Shown here one piece after another: positions 26,222 through 31,082 of a stretch of 31,082 nt of DNA. The translations under genes and the position numbers were made by a program. How positions within the stretch are numbered: position 1 is the stretch's first letter; each line of letters starts with the position of its first letter. This DNA is from Prasinococcaceae sp. CCMP 1430 (lineage: Eukaryota; Plantae; Prasinodermophyta): the NCBI GenBank assembly GCA_013416795.1, contig RQSC01000154.1:77025-108106 (forward strand), in the 5' to 3' direction. The notes beneath the pieces were generated by a model. That model did not search any database and was not told the DNA's origin. It saw only the letters and a list, made by a program, of their open reading frames with translations.

Positions 26222-29134
26222 ATGGCGGAGCCGGGCGCCGCACCCGCGGGCGTGGACGCAGACCCGCAGGGCGAGGGCCCGCAGCAGCCGGAAGCGGAGC
26301 GCTACGCCAGTGACGCCAGCGCAGACAGCGCCGACCATGGCAAGCCCGGGTCGTTCCGGCCGCGCTCCAGCGGCGCGGAGGACGGCGACGGAGGGGGCAG
26401 CGAAGACCAATCGGATGACCTGCCCAACTTTCTGCCGCCCTTCGCCGACGCGCGGAACAGGCAGCTCAACGAGGAGGTTGTGGCCGCCGAGAGGGCTGTC
26501 GAGAAGGCAGAGGCGCTACTCGAGGAGAACGTGGACCGTGTGGCCATCATGGCCGAGCACCTCCGTAACGTGCAGGCGGAGCTGACGTACACGCAGGCAC
26601 GCGCCGACGCAAAACGCAAGGAGGCCGAGACCGAGGAACACCTGCGCCAGCTGAACGCGCGCGAGGCCGGCCGCCTCGAGAAGGAACGGAAGGCGGCCGA
26701 GGCCGAGCGTGCGGAGCTGCTCGACAAGGCCAAGCGCACACAGCAGCAGATCCTGAAGGGCACGGAAACGCTCGACCAATTTCGGCTTCTCATGAACTGG
26801 AACCAAGAGGAGCTCGAGAACTGGGCGCTTGCGAGCCGCCAGAAAGAGGAGGACAACCTCGCGCTGCAAAAATACCGGCGCGCCGACGATGCGCGAGTCA
26901 AGGAGCTCAATCTCGCTATCGAGAAGACGACCAAGTCGGTGAGCGAGAAGAAGGCCGAGCTCGAGGCCGAAGTGACCGAGTCTCAGGCTGCGCAGATCCA
27001 GCTGTACAAGACCGCGGACGATTTCGCAGCGCTGCACGCGGAGCGCACGCAGCTCGTGCATCAGTGGGAGGAGGCGGTGGAGGCGATGCAGCGCCGTGAC
27101 GCTGCCATCGCTGAGGCCTCGGAGCTCTTCGCCCAGCGCCGGGCGGAGCTCCGCGAACTGCAGCAGAAACTGGACGAGCGCGGGCGCTTCTTGGCGGCCG
27201 AGGTGGCCAACAACCGTGAGCGCCAGGCAGCTATCAGCCAGGCGGAGCGCGGCGTTGACAAGCTGCGAAAGGTCTATGGCAGCCAGCACAGCGTTGTGCA
27301 GGACGCCAGCGACGAGGTACATGTAATGAAGAACACGCTCACGAAGGCGCAGAAGGAGCTTGGAGCGCAGAAGCAGGGCAACAAGACCATGGGCGAGGAG
27401 CTTGCCTCCAAGACGAAACGCCTCGACGACGTGCAGAAGCGGCTGGCAAGCACCCAAGCCAAGCTCGATGGCGAGCACGACACGCTGCTCACGCTGGAGG
27501 AACGTGCCGACGAGCTCGCCAAGATGCAGGCCGAAGAGGAGGCAAGCGCCGCGGCGGTGGCCGAAGAGGTCACGCGCCTCAAGGACTCGACTTTCAAGCA
27601 CTCGCAGGAGCTCTTCTCGCTCCGCAGCCGCGAGAAAGATCTCATCGCCGAGATCGCGGGCTGCCAATCGCAGAACAAGAACGTGACCCTGAAGCTCTCG
27701 GCGCTTGACGCGAACGTGGTCAAGCAGCAAGAGCTCCTCTACGCGGCCGAGTTCAAAGTCCAGCAGATGGAGCGGAAGGTGGCGCGCGCGGGCGGGGTGC
27801 GGTCGGACGATGAGAAGCGCGTGCTCAACGCGCGCATCGAAAAGCTCACGGAGGTGCTCGAGGAAAAGATCGGGCAGCACGCTATGCTGTCGGGTCAGGT
27901 GAAGCGGGCGGAAGACGCCCTACAAGGAGCGCAAAGGCGCGCGCGAGAGGTGGGGAAGGAGGCTGAGGACCTCAGCGGCAAAATCTCCGAGCTCTCGCTC
28001 GAGACGGACTCGACTGCGCGCTCGCTGCGGGCCACCGAAAAGGAGAAGGAGGACACGTTGGTGTCGCACGACGTGCTGAGGCTCGAGGCCAAGCGTCTGC
28101 GCGACTTGCTCAACCTACGCGCGGACGAGGTGTACGGGCTCGAGAATCGCAAGTTCGAGCTGCAGATGTCGATGGAGGAGCGGCGGCACGAGATCGAGGC
28201 GCACCGCGAGGTGCTGCGCGCAGAGCTGAAGAGCGCGCAGGAGGGCGTGCACAAGGCGACGCTCGAGGTCAAGGAGCGCGCCACGCGCGTCGAGCGCCTG
28301 CAGTCCAGGTACGAGGTGCTGGTGGGGCGCATGAGGCCCTCGGGCGACCAAGGCGACGGCGAGGAGCACACGCAGGCCTACCACCTAATCAAGGCCGCTC
28401 AGGAGCGCGAGACGCTGCAGCGCGAGGGCGACGCGCTTGACGCGGGCATTCGGAAGGCTGAGAAGGAGATCAAGGCGCTCGAGGCCACGCTTTCCAAGCT
28501 CAACGGCAAGAACTCGAGCTTCCACGGCTCGTTCCGCCGCGCAGAGTCGTCGGACCAGCTCCGCGAGCAGGACGCGCTGCGCGAGAAGCTCGACCGGGCA
28601 TACGACCGCATGAAGTTCAAGCGGGCTGAAGAGCGCGCGCTGATGCAGGACGTGGAGCAGTACCAGGCGCGCCTGCGGAACGCGCGCGGAGAGGAGGACG
28701 CGCTCGCCGAGGCGGTGGGGTTGGCCCAGCAGCGCGCTGAGACCGCCGCGCGTGAGGTGGAAGATCAGGAGGCCAAGCTCGGCCGCGCTCTTCGCAAGGT
28801 GGATCGCCTCCGCAAGGAGCACCGCATGCGCGCAGGCGTCCCGGCGGACGCGCCGACGGACGAGCCGCAGACCACCGAGGAGGTTGACTTTCTGTACCGA
28901 GAGACTCGAGAGGCCAACAAGCAGATGCTCCACGAGCTGGCCGCCGTGGCCGCGGACAACCCGTCGGTCGCGCCGCTCATCGAGGAGAGGCTTGCGGGCG
29001 TCGGCCTGAGCCTTCCGTCGCGCCCGCCCAGCCGTGCGAGCTCAGTCGCGGCGAGCTCCGCCTCGGGCGTCTCGGCCACGTCGTCGCGGGCCGGCCGCGC
29101 GCTGCAGCCCAAGGTGATTGGCCTGGACCTTTGA
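26222..29134 (+). CDS. CCDC39: Coiled-coil domain-containing protein 39 (FAP59; 96-nm axonemal ruler subunit), 970 aa, intronless
   Basis: LPPFADARNRQL, MAEHLRNVQAELTYTQ, MNWNQEELENWALASRQKEEDNLALQKY, QQELLYAAEFKVQQMERKVARAGG and HTQAYHLIKAAQERETLQREGDALD are characteristic CCDC39 segments. Confidence 0.93.
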   Translation: MAEPGAAPAGVDADPQGEGPQQPEAERYASDASADSADHGKPGSFRPRSSGAEDGDGGGSEDQSDDLPNFLPPFADARNRQLNEEVVAAERAVEKAEALLEENVDRVAIMAEHLRNVQAELTYTQARADAKRKEAETEEHLRQLNAREAGRLEKERKAAEAERAELLDKAKRTQQQILKGTETLDQFRLLMNWNQEELENWALASRQKEEDNLALQKYRRADDARVKELNLAIEKTTKSVSEKKAELEAEVTESQAAQIQLYKTADDFAALHAERTQLVHQWEEAVEAMQRRDAAIAEASELFAQRRAELRELQQKLDERGRFLAAEVANNRERQAAISQAERGVDKLRKVYGSQHSVVQDASDEVHVMKNTLTKAQKELGAQKQGNKTMGEELASKTKRLDDVQKRLASTQAKLDGEHDTLLTLEERADELAKMQAEEEASAAAVAEEVTRLKDSTFKHSQELFSLRSREKDLIAEIAGCQSQNKNVTLKLSALDANVVKQQELLYAAEFKVQQMERKVARAGGVRSDDEKRVLNARIEKLTEVLEEKIGQHAMLSGQVKRAEDALQGAQRRAREVGKEAEDLSGKISELSLETDSTARSLRATEKEKEDTLVSHDVLRLEAKRLRDLLNLRADEVYGLENRKFELQMSMEERRHEIEAHREVLRAELKSAQEGVHKATLEVKERATRVERLQSRYEVLVGRMRPSGDQGDGEEHTQAYHLIKAAQERETLQREGDALDAGIRKAEKEIKALEATLSKLNGKNSSFHGSFRRAESSDQLREQDALREKLDRAYDRMKFKRAEERALMQDVEQYQARLRNARGEEDALAEAVGLAQQRAETAAREVEDQEAKLGRALRKVDRLRKEHRMRAGVPADAPTDEPQTTEEVDFLYRETREANKQMLHELAAVAADNPSVAPLIEERLAGVGLSLPSRPPSRASSVAASSASGVSATSSRAGRALQPKVIGLDL

Positions 29135-29204
29135 GGCGCGCGCGTGCGCGAGGGCGCGCGCTGTACGTCCCAGCACCTTTTGTAATTTTGCGCATGCGAT
29201 ACTG

Positions 29205-30227
29205 TCACTTGGCGAGCGCCTTCGCCTGCGAGGGCGTCGCCTTCCAGCTCTTGCTGGGCAGCAGCGCGGCGCCCCTGTCGTGCTTGTACTTTCGGAGCTT
29301 TTCCAGCAGCGGGTCTACGGTGCTCTCCGACAACAGAAGGTCGCGCGTGCGCTGCTTGACGAAGCCTTCCCCGACGGCCGAATCAAAAAAGGCCAGCAGC
29401 TGCGTGTAGTAACCACATACGTTGAACACGGCCACGGGCTTGTCGTGGATGCCCAGCTGCGCGTGCGTCAGCATCTCCACCAGCTCTGCGTGTGTGCCGG
29501 CGCAGCGCACAGCGAGTGGGAAAGGGGGGGGGGGGTCGGAGAGGCGGGTCAGACTCGAGCGGCGCTCTTCGGTTTGCGGCGGTGGCGCGCATGCGCCCGC
29601 TCGCGCGCTCGCTAGGACGTCGGTGAGCGAGCGCAGGAGCGCTGGCAGGGACCACGCCGCACCCTCGAGCGTGCCGTAGCCGCCAGGAAGCGCGATGAAG
29701 GCGTCGGAGCGCTCGGCCATGAGCGCCTTGCGCTGGTGCATCGTCTCCACCACGGTGGTCTCGCCCACCGTCGAGCCCGACACCTCGCGCGGCATGAGCG
29801 CGCGGGGGATGATGCCGTTCACCTCGCCGCCCGCGGCCGCACACGCCGACGCGACCTTGCCCATGAGACCCACATTGCCGCCGCCGTAGATGAGCTTTAT
29901 GCCGGCCGCGGCGAGCGCCGTGCCGAGCGCCTCGGCCGCGGTGGCATACTCCGGCCGAGCCCCCGGCGACGCGCCGCAGTACACGCACACGCTGCGGATG
30001 CCGCCCCCGGCCCCGCTGCGAGGCGCGGACGGGCGGCCGCGCACGCACAACACCCGCGCACGCGCACCGACGCAACGCACTGCGGCACGTCGCGCCCGCG
30101 TCACGATCGCGCGCGCCCGCGCGCAGATTTCGGCGGGAACTCGGCTGGTACGAACGCGTCCCGGCGCACACCAGAGCGCGCGCGAGCCGCGAGGCGCGAG
30201 GCGCGAGGCGCGAGGCGCCAGCGCCGT
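29205..30227 (-). CDS. LOG: LOG-family phosphoribohydrolase (cytokinin-activating 'Lonely Guy' type); intron 29662-29486; start unresolved (candidate ACG 30227, possible intron 30171-30016)
   Basis: SVCVYCGAS, LIYGGGNVGLMG, GIIPRAL, MHQRKALMAERSDAFIALPGGYGTLE|ELVEMLT.AQLGIHDKP...NV.GYY. Removing the phase-1 intron restores PGGYGTLEE. Confidence 0.9.
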   Translation of the reverse strand, partial: TALAPRASRLAPRGSRALWCAPGRVRTSRVPAEICARARAIVTRARRAAVRCVGARARVLCVRGRPSAPRSGAGGGIRSVCVYCGASPGARPEYATAAEALGTALAAAGIKLIYGGGNVGLMGKVASACAAAGGEVNGIIPRALMPREVSGSTVGETTVVETMHQRKALMAERSDAFIALPGGYGTLEGAAWSLPALLRSLTDVLASARAGACAPPPQTEERRSSLTRLSDPPPPFPLAVRCAGTHAELVEMLTHAQLGIHDKPVAVFNVCGYYTQLLAFFDSAVGEGFVKQRTRDLLLSESTVDPLLEKLRKYKHDRGAALLPSKSWKATPSQAKALAK

Positions 30228-30294
30228 GGTGTGTGTGTGTGTGTGAGGTGGAGGGTGGGTAGGGGAGGTGGGAGAGAGAGAGGGAGAGGAAGAG
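30228..30294. repeat. (GT)n plus purine-rich (GA)n tract forming the entire LOG/tubulin head-to-head spacer
   Basis: (GT)n at about 30229-30245, G-rich middle, GA-rich at about 30272-30294. Confidence 0.85.
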
Positions 30295-31071
30295 ATGGCG
30301 CGCGCGGGCGGCGAGGCGGTCTTCGTGCACGTCGGTCAGTGCGGCGCGCAGCTGGGCGCGGCGTTCTGGAGGGCGGTCGCGCACGAGCTGCGCGAGGGCG
30401 GCGGCGCGTGGGCGCACCTCGCGGACGGCGGCGGTGACGGCGGCGGGGGGGGCGGTGTGCGGCGACGCGGCACGCTCCGCGCGGTGTTCGTCGACAGCGA
30501 GCCCGCGGCCGTGGACGCCGCTGTGGCCGCGCTACGTCCGTGCGCAGTCAGTGCCGTGCACGCAGGCGGCGGCGGCGGGTGCGGCAACAACTGGGCGCAC
30601 GGCTACGCGGCGGGCGGCGAGGGCGAGGGCGAGGGCAACGTGGCGGAGCGCGTGGCGGAGGAGGTGCGCGCGCACGCCGAGCGCTGCGCCGTCGAACCAG
30701 CGTTCGTCGTGTGCTACTCGCTGGGCGGAGGCACGGGCTCGGGACTCGGCTCGCGCGTGCTTGAGGTGCTGCGGCGCGAGCGGCCCGAGGCGACGCTCAT
30801 CGCCGTCGCCATCGCGCCCGACATGGAGAGCGGCCCCGCCGCGCAGAGCCTCAACGTCGCCATGGCCGCTCAGTGGTTGCACGAGTACGCCGACGCCGTC
30901 ATGCTATGGCGCAATGGCGAGCTTGCGGCGGCCGCGCGGCGCGCAGCCAAGCGCGCGCCGGGCGCGGGCACGGGCGCAGGCGGGGCACCGCAGGTGACGA
31001 TGGCGGCGATGAACGACCATGTGGCCGCCCCGCTGCTCGCGCTGCTCGCTCCCGCTCCCGGCGCTCGATGA
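30295..31071 (+). CDS. Divergent tubulin of the delta/epsilon/zeta group, most like zeta(eta)-tubulin; only the N-terminal GTPase domain is visible
   Basis: VHVGQCGAQLG, RAVFVDSEP, GNNWAHGY, tubulin signature SLGGGTGSGLGSR, WLHEYADAVMLWRN. The DSEP, GSR and AP motifs fit zeta better than delta, by recollection rather than a search. Confidence 0.8.
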   Translation: MARAGGEAVFVHVGQCGAQLGAAFWRAVAHELREGGGAWAHLADGGGDGGGGGGVRRRGTLRAVFVDSEPAAVDAAVAALRPCAVSAVHAGGGGGCGNNWAHGYAAGGEGEGEGNVAERVAEEVRAHAERCAVEPAFVVCYSLGGGTGSGLGSRVLEVLRRERPEATLIAVAIAPDMESGPAAQSLNVAMAAQWLHEYADAVMLWRNGELAAAARRAAKRAPGAGTGAGGAPQVTMAAMNDHVAAPLLALLAPAPGAR

Positions 31072-31082
31072 CCCGCCTGCCC

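Noticed and set aside
2697-29662. Introns as introner elements (GTGCGT starts recall Micromonas introners)
   Set aside because: By eye the introns share no sequence beyond the splice and branch signals. A genome-wide all-vs-all intron comparison would be needed to exclude this fully.
1-31082. The many long overlapping and antisense ORFs in the track (e.g. 398..1654-, 3138..4745+, 4980..6722-, 13738..15750+, 26516..27880-)
   Set aside because: Shadow ORFs expected from high GC and strong codon bias. They are Arg/Pro/Ala-rich or exact antisense mirrors of real genes, with no recognisable motifs.

Overview
This is a compact, very GC-rich (roughly 70% by eye, not computed) eukaryotic nuclear segment with 12 supportable protein-coding genes and short spliceosomal introns (GT[G]CG donors, CTGAC branch-like motif). 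Plastid-transit-like N-termini without signal peptides, a plant ABCI11-type ATPase and plant-type telo-boxes point to a green alga; this is inference and the species cannot be determined. Gene order: unknown Q/K-rich protein (+), coiled-coil protein (-), tandem cupin-triosephosphate isomerase fusion (+), double CS-domain co-chaperone (+), J-domain/TM/2xSANT protein (-), amino-acid transporter (+), ABCI11-like ATPase (+), BiP (-), CFAP54 (-), CCDC39 (+), LOG (-), divergent zeta-like tubulin (+, stops 11 nt before the window end). I found no rRNA, tRNA, CRISPR array or recognisable mobile element. Most of the ORF track is GC-driven shadow ORFs. The main leads are the cupin-cupin-TPI fusion, a LOG gene with no AUG but an in-frame ACG 67 bp head-to-head with the tubulin, a possibly truncated zeta-like tubulin, a cilia/centriole gene neighbourhood, and a triple-CCAAT 30-bp array that is either a promoter or a hidden CFAP54 last exon.
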